DNA of 29,282 nucleotides from a virus (taxonomy: Duplodnaviria; Caudoviricetes). Location of the stretch: IMG/VR virus record IMGVR_UViG_3300005573_000232, positions 1 to 29,282 of that record. One strand, 5' to 3'. The notes beneath the pieces are model-generated. The model did not search any database. It was not told the origin of the DNA and saw only the letters and a program-made list of their open reading frames with translations. Shown here piece by piece: positions 17,506 through 26,549 of this stretch (the first letter of the stretch is position 1; the number at the start of each line of letters is the position of its first letter). The position numbers and the translations under genes are program-made.

Positions 17506-19539
17506 TTATTTATTGTCCAAATCAATATCTTCAATATCATCTAAATCAATATTTTCAATATCAGTATTCTCATGAAAAGTGTTAATACTTTCAGTTGTTT
17601 CAAGTAATTTATCAATTTCTTCTACCATTTCAAATGCTTTTTTATTTTGATTTTCAACAATATTATTGTTTTCAGTTATTATTTTTTTATGCTTTTTTGA
17701 TTTTTTTACTTCCTTTTCAGAAACTTCTGTTTTATATAGATTTTCAATAAATTCATTAAATTTATTAATACTCATTTTATCCTTATTATTTATATTTATA
17801 GAATTTAAATTTTCTGCTAATGATGGTGTTTCAGTACCACTTTCACCACCACCCATGGATGTGCTGGCACCTACTTCAGGTGCTGATGGTAATGTTGCTG
17901 TTGATGGTGGATTAGCTCCACGTGATGGCGGAGTTTGTACATTTCCCCCAGTAGGCGTTGATTCAGTGCCACCTGTAATAGGAACACCCTCCACAGGTTC
18001 TCCAAATCTTGCATCAATATCAGAAAATAATCCCGTTTTCTTTATTACCGTAGGAGAATCTGCAAGTTCTTGTACAATAACTTTTTCCATTTTTTGCTGT
18101 TTCAAATCATCAACTATTTCTTTATCTGTCATATTAAATAATATTCTCTTAGCTGTAGTATGTGACATTGCAGCAATACCATTTTCACCGCGAGTTAATT
18201 CATTATACGTTTGTGCTTTTTCACGTAGCAATTCAGATTTCATTTGTTCGGATTGTAATGAAGGATTTGTAAGAGTTAATTGAAAATTAGTCAAATCATC
18301 TCCACTATATCCCAACAAATATAAATGAATCATTGCCATTTTATTAAGTTCTTGGATCATGGCTTGTTGAATACGATTAACTTTTTTTGCAAATCGTATA
18401 TCATATTGTGCCATATTTTTACCTGCACCGGCAGCATCTTGAAATGATAAAAATGGTTTAGGTATGCCAAGACCTGCAAATAAATTATCTCTTAAATATT
18501 CAATATCATGAATTTGATCAAGATTGGATGCTCCTGGTAATGTATCAATACCTGTTTGTACATTTGCATTTCTTACTGGAATGAAATAATCTTCATCGTT
18601 GCCAAGTATGTTAAAACGATAATCTATTTGACCATCATTTGGTGATACTTGTGATATTTTTTTAAATTTAGTAGCAACTTTATAGATATATTCTTCAATA
18701 TCTTCTTCATCAATATTTCCAACATCGATTTTAAATACTTTCTTTTCTCCTGCCCTAACAATACGATATGTTAACATGGCATCTTCTACCATTATAAGTT
18801 GTCTAAATACCCTACGTACTTTATTAAGTACTGATGACCCATATGGCAAATATTTATCATCACCCAATAATCTAAAATGCGCAATTTCAAATACGTTAAA
18901 TTCATCACCAGTCATTCTTTCTTTAAATTTAATAACTGGTTTGCCATTTATTATTCTTTCCATGCGCTCGATATCATAATTAACCAATTGTTTTACAGTT
19001 GTTATCCCCTTTTTTCTTTCACCGTATAATAAAACAAAATTATCACCATATTTACAGGTATTCCTTGTCCAGAAAGGTAAATTTATGTTCACATTAATAA
19101 TATCATAGAAAAATTCTTCAAGCAATAATTTAATTCTCTCTTTATTCGAATAAATATTTAACATTTTTCCATTAATACCAATGGTAGTGGCTTCTTCCAT
19201 AAATAAATCCAAAGCACTTGAAATAATTGGATAGTATTCCATACCCTCATAATCAATATATGCTGGAAGTCTCGCTGCTTCATATTGTAAAGCCTTCTGA
19301 AATCCTCTATTGGTTGTTCTGAAAAATTTATTTTGTAAATTTAATTTTTGCTGCAATTCCAACCCTTTTCTCATAACTTCATCAGGGCTATTCCCTTTAA
19401 TAATAATTTTGGGTTGTTGTGTTACAGTACTTTGAGAAGTGGAGAATTGTTGCTGTGTATTTTCAAAACCAAAACCATCTAAATTTAATAATTTATTTAA
19501 TTGTTGGTAAATAGTTCCTTTTTTTTCTTCATTCGCCAT
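17506..19539 (-). CDS. gp20: Portal protein, T4 gp20-like
   Basis: DYEGMEYYPIISSALD, IAHFRL..PYGSSVL, QLIMVEDAMLTYRIVRAGEKKVFKIDVGN, EDYFIPVR..IDTLPG..DIEYLRDNLFAGLGIPK, DIRFAKKVNRIQ. Confidence 0.95.
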   Translation of the reverse strand: MANEEKKGTIYQQLNKLLNLDGFGFENTQQQFSTSQSTVTQQPKIIIKGNSPDEVMRKGLELQQKLNLQNKFFRTTNRGFQKALQYEAARLPAYIDYEGMEYYPIISSALDLFMEEATTIGINGKMLNIYSNKERIKLLLEEFFYDIINVNINLPFWTRNTCKYGDNFVLLYGERKKGITTVKQLVNYDIERMERIINGKPVIKFKERMTGDEFNVFEIAHFRLLGDDKYLPYGSSVLNKVRRVFRQLIMVEDAMLTYRIVRAGEKKVFKIDVGNIDEEDIEEYIYKVATKFKKISQVSPNDGQIDYRFNILGNDEDYFIPVRNANVQTGIDTLPGASNLDQIHDIEYLRDNLFAGLGIPKPFLSFQDAAGAGKNMAQYDIRFAKKVNRIQQAMIQELNKMAMIHLYLLGYSGDDLTNFQLTLTNPSLQSEQMKSELLREKAQTYNELTRGENGIAAMSHTTAKRILFNMTDKEIVDDLKQQKMEKVIVQELADSPTVIKKTGLFSDIDARFGEPVEGVPITGGTESTPTGGNVQTPPSRGANPPSTATLPSAPEVGASTSMGGGESGTETPSLAENLNSININNKDKMSINKFNEFIENLYKTEVSEKEVKKSKKHKKIITENNNIVENQNKKAFEMVEEIDKLLETTESINTFHENTDIENIDLDDIEDIDLDNK

Positions 19540-19562
19540 TTTTATAAAAATTTATATTTTTT

Positions 19563-19619
19563 TATAAATACTTTCTTTTTATTCAAAAGACAATAAAATT
19601 ATATTTTTTATATAAATAC
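19563..19619 (-). promoter_or_regulatory. Two tandem late promoter motifs GTATTTATA (portal)
   Basis: + strand TATAAATAC at 19563-19571 and 19611-19619; gene start at 19539. Confidence 0.65.
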
Positions 19620-19622
19620 AAT

Positions 19623-21698
19623 TTATTTATTCTTTTTTTTATCTAATCCTTCAAATAACCATGCATACGTAATATATGGATTCATTGGTGATGTACTATT
19701 AGGTGAAATTACTGGTTTATATGTATGTTTACTACCAATTTCTTTTATATCATTTACAGTAATTATTGCATTTAACATTTTTTCGCTTGTAGTTTTACTT
19801 TGTTTAAATTTTGCTTTATCGTAATTTAAAACATATAATCCAATAGCTAAACTCATAATTGAATCATCATGAAATGAACGTTTATGATCTGCAATGCGAT
19901 TTCCTGGAACTACAACAAAAGTTTTTAATTCATTTAATAATCTTATGGATCTAATTATAACATCTTCTAAATGTATTGCTCTTTGCATTTCAAGTAATAC
20001 CGAGGCACGATTATTACCAATAAAAAAACCTGGAATTAAATCAACGGTAATTACACTACCATCTGATAATACTTTTTGCCCCTTTTTTATATATCCCATT
20101 AATCTATCTCTTGAAGGCTTATGAGATACTTCGGCATAATGAATAGATTCAATAGGATAACCATATTCAAATAATTTTTCTACTGTTTGAATACCATAAC
20201 CACCAGTAATATCAATAACACAATACGCGTTATTATATTTTTTACCAAAAATATAAGCAATTTCTGCTAACAATTGTGGTGATATTTTACCATAATATTC
20301 CGCAACTTGTTCTGATTTATATCTTCTTATTTTAACTTTTTTTACTTTATCTCCCTTAGTTATAACTTTATCTTCAATAATTTCCTTTATTTTCAAAATA
20401 TTCATACTTGAATAGTCTTCACCATGACCTGGTGATGCGTCAAGAGCCATAATGTAATTTTCTGCTGGCAAAGGATCTTCCCAAATCCAAACATTTAAAT
20501 CGGTATATTCTTGACGAAGTGGCACCTTTATCTCATTTTCTTCAATTCGTTTTAAATAAATTTCGGCAATAAAATTATCTCCAGATCCAAGAAAAGAACA
20601 TAATAATTCTTGCGCAATTTTACGCATATCACCATTAACTTCACGAATTTCATTTTCAAACCATGGTGATGTTGCTTCCCAACCTTCAATCATCATTGCA
20701 ATTCTCTTTTTCGAATCCCAATTTTGATCATCTATTCTAATTTCATTGGCTTTTCCTTTGTTTTTAACCCATTGTAGTCCTTTGTTATATCTTGGATCAT
20801 TAAACCACCAAATTTCAACTGCCTTGAAATTATTTTGATTATTTCTTGCTCCCATAAATGTCTTATAAAAGACTGCATCCAATCCACTTGGAGTACTTAC
20901 CATAATTGCATTACCACCTGTTTGTAAAGTAGGCTTTGCTGAAGTCCAAAAATTGTATGATTTTTCTGTCCACGCCACTTCATCCCAAAATAATAAAGTT
21001 GGGGTATATCCACGCAATCCACCACTAGCACTATATGCACCTAATTTAGATCCGTTATCATATATTTTTAATTTTTGAGTATTTTTTAAATTTTTTTCGC
21101 TTTCCTTACCAGTTTTAGGTCTAAGCCAACTTGGACAACTTTCAATAAAATTAACAACATCAGCCATTAATTCATCTTTAGCAGTTTCAAGTTTATTTGC
21201 AACAATTGCCACTTGTCTGTTTGTGTTAAACATAATATACCAAGCAATATATGCACATGTGGTTGTCGAAACACCTGCTTGACGATATTTGTTTGCAACA
21301 ACAAATCTATTATTTTTATAATTTTCGATTAATTCTTTTTGAAACTCAAAAAGTTTAAATTGTACAATTTTTCCTCCATTTCCTTGTGTTTGGTCAAAAA
21401 TTGTTAAATATGTTTCAATAAAATATATCGGATCTGCTTTACAACGAATAATTTCATGTATTCTTTCTTCACGAGTTAATTCACTTGCTTTTTTTACTTC
21501 ACCATTTTCAGTAACAATTATTGCCTCAAATTTTTTTTGTTTTTTTCTAAGCTCGGTTGCTTTTTTCCTAATCTCTTCTTTTTCTTTTTCTTTTTGATAA
21601 TTATATGGTATTAAAGGATTATGATCTGGATATATATTATCATCCTCTTCATTTTTGTTTTTTTTAGGATCAATATTTAATGTATAATTATCTGACAT
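19623..21698 (-). CDS. gp17: Terminase large subunit, T4 gp17-like
   Basis: EIIRCKADPIYFIETY, adenine-binding FKLFEFQ, Walker A-like KYRQAGVST, Walker B LLFWDEVAW, motif C VSTPSG, nuclease ALDASPGHGEDYS and HDDSIMSLAI. Confidence 0.93.
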   Translation of the reverse strand: MSDNYTLNIDPKKNKNEEDDNIYPDHNPLIPYNYQKEKEKEEIRKKATELRKKQKKFEAIIVTENGEVKKASELTREERIHEIIRCKADPIYFIETYLTIFDQTQGNGGKIVQFKLFEFQKELIENYKNNRFVVANKYRQAGVSTTTCAYIAWYIMFNTNRQVAIVANKLETAKDELMADVVNFIESCPSWLRPKTGKESEKNLKNTQKLKIYDNGSKLGAYSASGGLRGYTPTLLFWDEVAWTEKSYNFWTSAKPTLQTGGNAIMVSTPSGLDAVFYKTFMGARNNQNNFKAVEIWWFNDPRYNKGLQWVKNKGKANEIRIDDQNWDSKKRIAMMIEGWEATSPWFENEIREVNGDMRKIAQELLCSFLGSGDNFIAEIYLKRIEENEIKVPLRQEYTDLNVWIWEDPLPAENYIMALDASPGHGEDYSSMNILKIKEIIEDKVITKGDKVKKVKIRRYKSEQVAEYYGKISPQLLAEIAYIFGKKYNNAYCVIDITGGYGIQTVEKLFEYGYPIESIHYAEVSHKPSRDRLMGYIKKGQKVLSDGSVITVDLIPGFFIGNNRASVLLEMQRAIHLEDVIIRSIRLLNELKTFVVVPGNRIADHKRSFHDDSIMSLAIGLYVLNYDKAKFKQSKTTSEKMLNAIITVNDIKEIGSKHTYKPVISPNSTSPMNPYITYAWLFEGLDKKKNK

Positions 21699-21711
21699 AT
21701 TATATTTTTTA

Positions 21712-21720
21712 AATAAATAC
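21712..21720 (-). promoter_or_regulatory. Putative late promoter motif GTATTTATT (terminase)
   Basis: + strand AATAAATAC, 13 nt upstream of the start at 21698. Confidence 0.58.
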
Positions 21721-21776
21721 TTTAATTATCAACAATATATTGTTGAATTATAGAATTTTCGTTTAGTATGTGATTT

Positions 21777-22271
21777 TTAGAATTTTATGGAAGAAACTTC
21801 AATAAATTCATTATTTTTTAGAATAATCTTTCTTGCACCCAATATCTCTTTAACTTTTTCTAATGTCATACCATAGTGAAATACCATTAAAGGTAAATCA
21901 TCATCTTCTTTATTATTAAACATTTCATCATAATCACCGTATCTTCCGTTACCATTTTCATCAATTTGCTTTTCAATTTCATATGCAAGTGCATGTATTG
22001 TATGATACCCATGCATATATTCTCTATCAACAGCCTCATGTAAACAAAATAAATCGAACGAACTTGTTTTTAAACTATAAACCGCATCAATATAATCTTC
22101 TGTAGGCGGCATTGCATTATCGCATGCGGGAGAAATATCCCAACACCACCCCTCAACGTCGATATTTTCAGGATTTTTTGAGAATATGAATTCATACAAT
22201 CCTTCTCCTTTTGAATTATAACCAATTTTTAACACAAAAATTAGTTTTAATTGTGAATCATCTTCTATCAT
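21777..22271 (-). CDS. Hypothetical acidic protein (164 aa) upstream of terminase
   Basis: Clean ORF with its own late motif; no family recognised. Confidence 0.75.
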   Translation of the reverse strand: MIEDDSQLKLIFVLKIGYNSKGEGLYEFIFSKNPENIDVEGWCWDISPACDNAMPPTEDYIDAVYSLKTSSFDLFCLHEAVDREYMHGYHTIHALAYEIEKQIDENGNGRYGDYDEMFNNKEDDDLPLMVFHYGMTLEKVKEILGARKIILKNNEFIEVSSIKF

Positions 22272-22284
22272 AAATTTGTTTTTT

Positions 22285-22293
22285 TATAAATAC
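22285..22293 (-). promoter_or_regulatory. Putative late promoter motif GTATTTATA
   Basis: + strand TATAAATAC, 13 nt upstream of the start at 22271. Confidence 0.65.
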
Positions 22294-22320
22294 TAATGAA
22301 AATGAATATTTGATAAAACA

Positions 22321-22372
22321 AAAAAGAGACTGCCTATTTCAGATCTAAAGGTCTTTTTAGGCAGCCTCTTTT
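22321..22372 (-). terminator. Rho-independent terminator after 929-aa gene (long-loop hairpin)
   Basis: Minus strand AAAAAGAGGCTGCCTA-(21 nt)-TAGGCAGTCTCTTTTTTGTTTT. Confidence 0.7.
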
Positions 22373-22406
22373 TATTTATTCGTTACTCGTTTATTTTAAA
22401 CTATTT

Positions 22407-25196
22407 TTATTTAATAGATTTATACAATTCATATTGTTTATCAATCATTTCATCAAGTTTTTTCAGTAACGGAGATTTCTTATTTTCATCTAAAGTTGAT
22501 TTTTTCAATCCCATTTTTTCTTCTAAACGAGCACGAATGTATTTTCTTAATTTCATTTCCGATTCATTAGTTTGAACTCGTTCTTTTTTTTCTCCAACAC
22601 CCAATTCATATTTATATTCATCATATTGTTTATCAATCATTTCATCAAGTTTTTTCAGTAACGGAGATTTCTTATTTTCATCCAAAATTGATTTTCTCAA
22701 TCCTAATTTTTCTTCTAAACGAGCACGAATGTATTTTCTTAATTTCATTTCCGATTCACTCATTACTTCTTTAGATTCAACGCCTTCTTTCCAATGCCGT
22801 TTTGCTCTTTTTGCAAAAATTAATTCACGTTCCTTTTCAATGATTTCCTTAGGAACAGGCTTGCCTTCTTCTTGATATTTTTCGCTTTTTCTTTTTAATG
22901 CAGCTAATTCTTTATCAATTTCTTCAATTGTTTTTCCGGCATGTTCACCTGTTTTTTTCACTTTAACATCCTTATTCCATTTTTCATCAATATTTTTTTC
23001 TTCTTCAACGCTTTCTCTTTTAATATTTTTCCACATAGCTGCTGCAGCAACTGCCTCAGGATCTTTTGCACCATATTTTTTTGCTTTTTCTACAACATCT
23101 TCAAAATGTTTACCCTTTTTTCCAATATCCTTACCAGATTTTGCTGCTTTAACCACTTCGCTTTTCTTTTCTTTAGATAATCCTGCGGATGGTTTTTTTT
23201 CGCTTTCATTCATTGTTATATTAACAGTTGAATCTTTTATCTCAATTTCATTTTCACCCTTATCATCTACATCTTCAAATTCAATATTGCTTTCAGTTGG
23301 TTTAATAACATCACCACCCAAAATATCAGAATCTGGAGTAAATACTGACTGTTCTTTTTCATTGCTTTCATCCTCTTCTTTAAGATTGGGTTGTACTTCA
23401 ATAGCTACAGGATCTGAAACTTCTTCAGATACACCATATTTACCTAAATTAGCAGAACCTTTTGAAGAAATCTGATTTTGAATAGTCGCTAAAATACTTT
23501 TTGCATTGATGGGTGATTTCCCCGCTTTTTCTAATTTTGTGTTTAATATATTAATTTGTTTACCCAAATTTGCTGCAACATCTTCTAGTTTTTTTATCTC
23601 ATTATTTACTTCCGCAGAATAATAAGCCTGTTTAACACCCTGAGCATATTGACCAACTGCCTGTCCTGCTTTTTGTGCAGTACTAGCAACAGCTTGCCCT
23701 GCTTTTTGTGCACCTGCTTTAATCTGTCCTGCTTTTTGTGCGACACCCGCAACTGCCTGTCCTGCTTTTTGTGCGGCACCAGTAACTGCCTGTCCTGCTT
23801 TTTGTGCGGCACCAGTAACTGCCTGTCCTGCTTTTTGTGCAGCACCAGTAACTGCCTGTCCTGCTTTTTGTGCAGTACCAGCAACAGCTTGTCCTGCTTT
23901 TTGTGCACCTGCTTTAATATCACTGCCAATTTTACCAACAGCCCCCTTCAATCCACTCCAAAGTTCATCAATCTGCGCCATTTTATCTTCTTCGTCTGAT
24001 TCAGATAACTGGTCAACATATGGGGTTAATTTTTGAACATAATCATTATGACCATACTCATCTTTAAGTTTATTTAATAACTCAGGATTTACAAATAAAG
24101 CAACTAATTTAAAATCACCATTATTTTGACCATCATTATACGCATTTGCATAGCCACTAATTAGATTTGCCAATACTTCATTATCGCATTCCATTAAAGA
24201 TTCTTTTGTATAACCCCAAGACTCTGCATATCTTCCAAATCCACCACATTCATTACATACCTCTTCTTCAATCTCCTCAGTTTCTTCATCATTTTGTGGA
24301 ATTTTTTCACTAACACTACTTATTTCTTCATCAGGAACCACTTTGAGAATCTTATCTGCCATAACTTTTCTGTCTTCAATATCAACCTTATCAATTTTAT
24401 CTTTGAATGCGGCGAGATAAGTATTTACATATGATTTAATTTCACTTGGTTCTAAATGAGTTTTTCTTATCTTATGAGTTAATTTGCCCAAAGTTTTTTC
24501 AATTTCTTTTTTTACAAGACTTTCCTTATCTTCTGGAGATAAGGAAGCATCATTAGTTTCTTCACTTTCCCCATCTTCAGATTCAGAATTTTCATTATCT
24601 TTAAATTGTTCCATATCATCTTCCGTTTTATCTTTTTCCATTTCTGGTTTTTCGGGAATTTTTTCGGATTCTTCTTTTTCATCAGATGGTTGTGCTTTTA
24701 AACCAGCCTCCATTTCTTTTTCGGCATTTAAATCAGCATCTGTTACTTTATTAGAACTACTTGCTTTTGCTGTTAAAGCATCTAAATCGTTTAATTTTTC
24801 AGACGCTTTTTTAATTTCCTCACCAGCATCTTCTTTTGAAAGTTTAACTTTACTTTCATCTAATTTTAAGTTATACGAATTATTGATGGTAGCTAATAGC
24901 ATACTTCTATTTTTATCTGCATCGGAAAAGGTTTTATATTGGTATTCTGTGATATTTTCCAATCCACCAATATATACAAAATCTGATACATCTAAATTTT
25001 CTTTAAGACCACCTTTCTTAATATAATAGTTATGGTTTTCTTTAACAATGCCATAAGCAATACCATCAGCAGATCTCTTGTAATCGATTAATGTACCAAG
25101 ATTACGTGTTCTTGTTTCTTTTAAAGAATCTTTATTAACTTCTGCTAAATTTCTAAGCCTTTCATAATATGCTTCTTTGGAAATATTCTTTTTCAT
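22407..25196 (-). CDS. Modular 929-aa putative internal head/core polyprotein
   Basis: Alternating acidic linkers and basic modules separated by (L/I/M/V)xE sites; contains an 11-aa repeat array and a duplicated C-terminal module; late motif upstream. Confidence 0.65.
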   Translation of the reverse strand: MKKNISKEAYYERLRNLAEVNKDSLKETRTRNLGTLIDYKRSADGIAYGIVKENHNYYIKKGGLKENLDVSDFVYIGGLENITEYQYKTFSDADKNRSMLLATINNSYNLKLDESKVKLSKEDAGEEIKKASEKLNDLDALTAKASSSNKVTDADLNAEKEMEAGLKAQPSDEKEESEKIPEKPEMEKDKTEDDMEQFKDNENSESEDGESEETNDASLSPEDKESLVKKEIEKTLGKLTHKIRKTHLEPSEIKSYVNTYLAAFKDKIDKVDIEDRKVMADKILKVVPDEEISSVSEKIPQNDEETEEIEEEVCNECGGFGRYAESWGYTKESLMECDNEVLANLISGYANAYNDGQNNGDFKLVALFVNPELLNKLKDEYGHNDYVQKLTPYVDQLSESDEEDKMAQIDELWSGLKGAVGKIGSDIKAGAQKAGQAVAGTAQKAGQAVTGAAQKAGQAVTGAAQKAGQAVTGAAQKAGQAVAGVAQKAGQIKAGAQKAGQAVASTAQKAGQAVGQYAQGVKQAYYSAEVNNEIKKLEDVAANLGKQINILNTKLEKAGKSPINAKSILATIQNQISSKGSANLGKYGVSEEVSDPVAIEVQPNLKEEDESNEKEQSVFTPDSDILGGDVIKPTESNIEFEDVDDKGENEIEIKDSTVNITMNESEKKPSAGLSKEKKSEVVKAAKSGKDIGKKGKHFEDVVEKAKKYGAKDPEAVAAAAMWKNIKRESVEEEKNIDEKWNKDVKVKKTGEHAGKTIEEIDKELAALKRKSEKYQEEGKPVPKEIIEKERELIFAKRAKRHWKEGVESKEVMSESEMKLRKYIRARLEEKLGLRKSILDENKKSPLLKKLDEMIDKQYDEYKYELGVGEKKERVQTNESEMKLRKYIRARLEEKMGLKKSTLDENKKSPLLKKLDEMIDKQYELYKSIK
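22429..22758 (-). repeat. 138-bp direct duplication (22429-22566 and 22621-22758) encoding ESEMKLRKYIRARLEEK..LDENKKSPLLKKLDEMIDKQY
   Basis: Offset 192 bp; 5 mismatches by manual alignment, all within a central ~22-nt patch. Confidence 0.9.
23655..23918 (-). repeat. Eight 33-bp coding tandem repeats (one 30 bp), unit AQKAGQAV(T/A)G(A/T/V)
   Basis: Core cctgctttttgtgc at 23665, 23698, 23728, 23761, 23794, 23827, 23860 and 23893. Confidence 0.95.
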
Positions 25197-25239
25197 TTTT
25201 ATATTTTTATAATATATATTATGTTTTTATTGTTTTTTC

Positions 25240-25248
25240 TATAAATAC
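25240..25248 (-). promoter_or_regulatory. Putative late promoter motif GTATTTATA (929-aa gene)
   Basis: + strand TATAAATAC, 43 nt upstream of the start at 25196. Confidence 0.62.
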
Positions 25249-25275
25249 TTAATTAAGAATAAAAAAATGATTATT

Positions 25276-25521
25276 TTATAATATTTCATAATATTCATTA
25301 ATTATTTTGTTTTTTATTAGCATCTCATAAACTTTTGGTGTTATCATACCATTATTTTTGTAGTAATCAATAACTGACTGATTTGCTTTTTCTAACAAAA
25401 CAGTTTCATTTAAATTTTTATTGTTTTTATATAAATCTTCAACAATACTATAAAAAATCTTTTCAGATTTCTTTTTTTCAATATATTCTTTTAATTGTTT
25501 TTTTGTAACAATAATTTTCAT
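25276..25521 (-). CDS. Small hypothetical protein (81 aa), candidate internal head protein
   Basis: MKIIVTKKQLKEYIE leader; LKE, LNE, LLE and INE sites; starts 2 nt after the NTase stop. Confidence 0.7.
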   Translation of the reverse strand: MKIIVTKKQLKEYIEKKKSEKIFYSIVEDLYKNNKNLNETVLLEKANQSVIDYYKNNGMITPKVYEMLIKNKIINEYYEIL

Positions 25522-25523
25522 AT

Positions 25524-26531
25524 TTAATTTTTTAAAAGTTCATTTATACTTAATTCTTGTGTTAAATATTTATTTTTCAATTCAACTAATTTGCGCAAAT
25601 AACCACTATTTCTTAATATTTTAAAAACAAGATTTTCAATAGAAAATTCTCCCTCTCTTTCAAGTCCGCTTTTTCTGTATTTTGCTATTTTGTTTTTTAT
25701 TTTTTCGTATTTTTCTAAAAATTTATCTGTGCCTATTAATTTTTCTAATTCATCAATTGCATTCATAAAATCCGTAGTTTTTAATTTAACATCAGCAGTA
25801 TTAATATTAAATATTTTTCGAATTGGTTTTTTTAACCATTTATTTTTCATTAAAGAATAAATTCCAGAGGCATAATGTGGTTCATCAGCATCTTGAAAAT
25901 ACATTTCAATATCATGTCCTTTTATTTTAATATCAAGTTTGTCATTCCATAAACTTTTTTTTAATTTTAAAAATTCTTCAACAAAATCTTTATTTTCTGA
26001 AATTTGATCAAAGTCTAAAATAATGTGAACGTCTAAATCTGAATTTTCATTATAATTATAATTAGCCATACTGCCTGTTAGAATAATATCTTTAAATTTT
26101 AAATTTTCCATATTACTATATTCAATAAATCTCTTTGCATTTTTTAATAATATTTTTCTAACTTCTGGTTTTATTTTATATTCAGATTCCCATATCAATG
26201 GACTCAATGTTTCATGCATTTGTATTGATGAAACATCGACATTATCAGGTTCAATGACTTCTTTTAATATATCCGATACTTTTTTATTTGACCAAAATTT
26301 ACAAGACCAATAACGTGGAGTGGTTTTGTCTTTTGCACTATCACATTTATGACGAGCACGAAAACTTTTACGTCTTTCAGGATTATCACGTTTAATTTCC
26401 ATATTATTGTCGCCAAAATTTACCTTTTTTATTCTATTTGTGCTTGGATCTTTCACAAAAACCTTATATTTCTTTACATCACCACTCGATGGTTTATTGA
26501 GTTTAATATTATGTCCTTGATATTCAGCCAT
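25524..26531 (-). CDS. Pol-beta-superfamily nucleotidyltransferase with N-terminal basic domain
   Basis: IILTGSMANYNYNENSDLDVHII (hGS..DxD), with a third acidic residue in DIEMYFQD. N-terminal ~80 aa KKYKVFVKD..KKVNFGD..RRKSFRARHKC..PRYWSCKFW is followed by ILKE. Confidence 0.85.
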   Translation of the reverse strand: MAEYQGHNIKLNKPSSGDVKKYKVFVKDPSTNRIKKVNFGDNNMEIKRDNPERRKSFRARHKCDSAKDKTTPRYWSCKFWSNKKVSDILKEVIEPDNVDVSSIQMHETLSPLIWESEYKIKPEVRKILLKNAKRFIEYSNMENLKFKDIILTGSMANYNYNENSDLDVHIILDFDQISENKDFVEEFLKLKKSLWNDKLDIKIKGHDIEMYFQDADEPHYASGIYSLMKNKWLKKPIRKIFNINTADVKLKTTDFMNAIDELEKLIGTDKFLEKYEKIKNKIAKYRKSGLEREGEFSIENLVFKILRNSGYLRKLVELKNKYLTQELSINELLKN

Positions 26532-26549
26532 TTTATATAATATTTTTAA

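Noticed and set aside
6717-21698. Inteins or group I introns in capsid, portal or terminase genes
   Set aside because: ORFs are continuous, motif spacing is normal, and no intein splice or LAGLIDADG signatures were seen.
21777-22271. Small terminase subunit by position
   Set aside because: No HTH or oligomerisation-helix pattern of gp16 recognised; left as hypothetical.
22429-22758. 138-bp pair as diversity-generating retroelement TR/VR
   Set aside because: Mismatches are not confined to adenines of one copy, both copies are in frame in one gene, and there is no reverse transcriptase in the window.
23655-23918. 33-bp repeats as a CRISPR array
   Set aside because: Units are contiguous, in frame and protein-coding, with no unique spacers and no cas genes.
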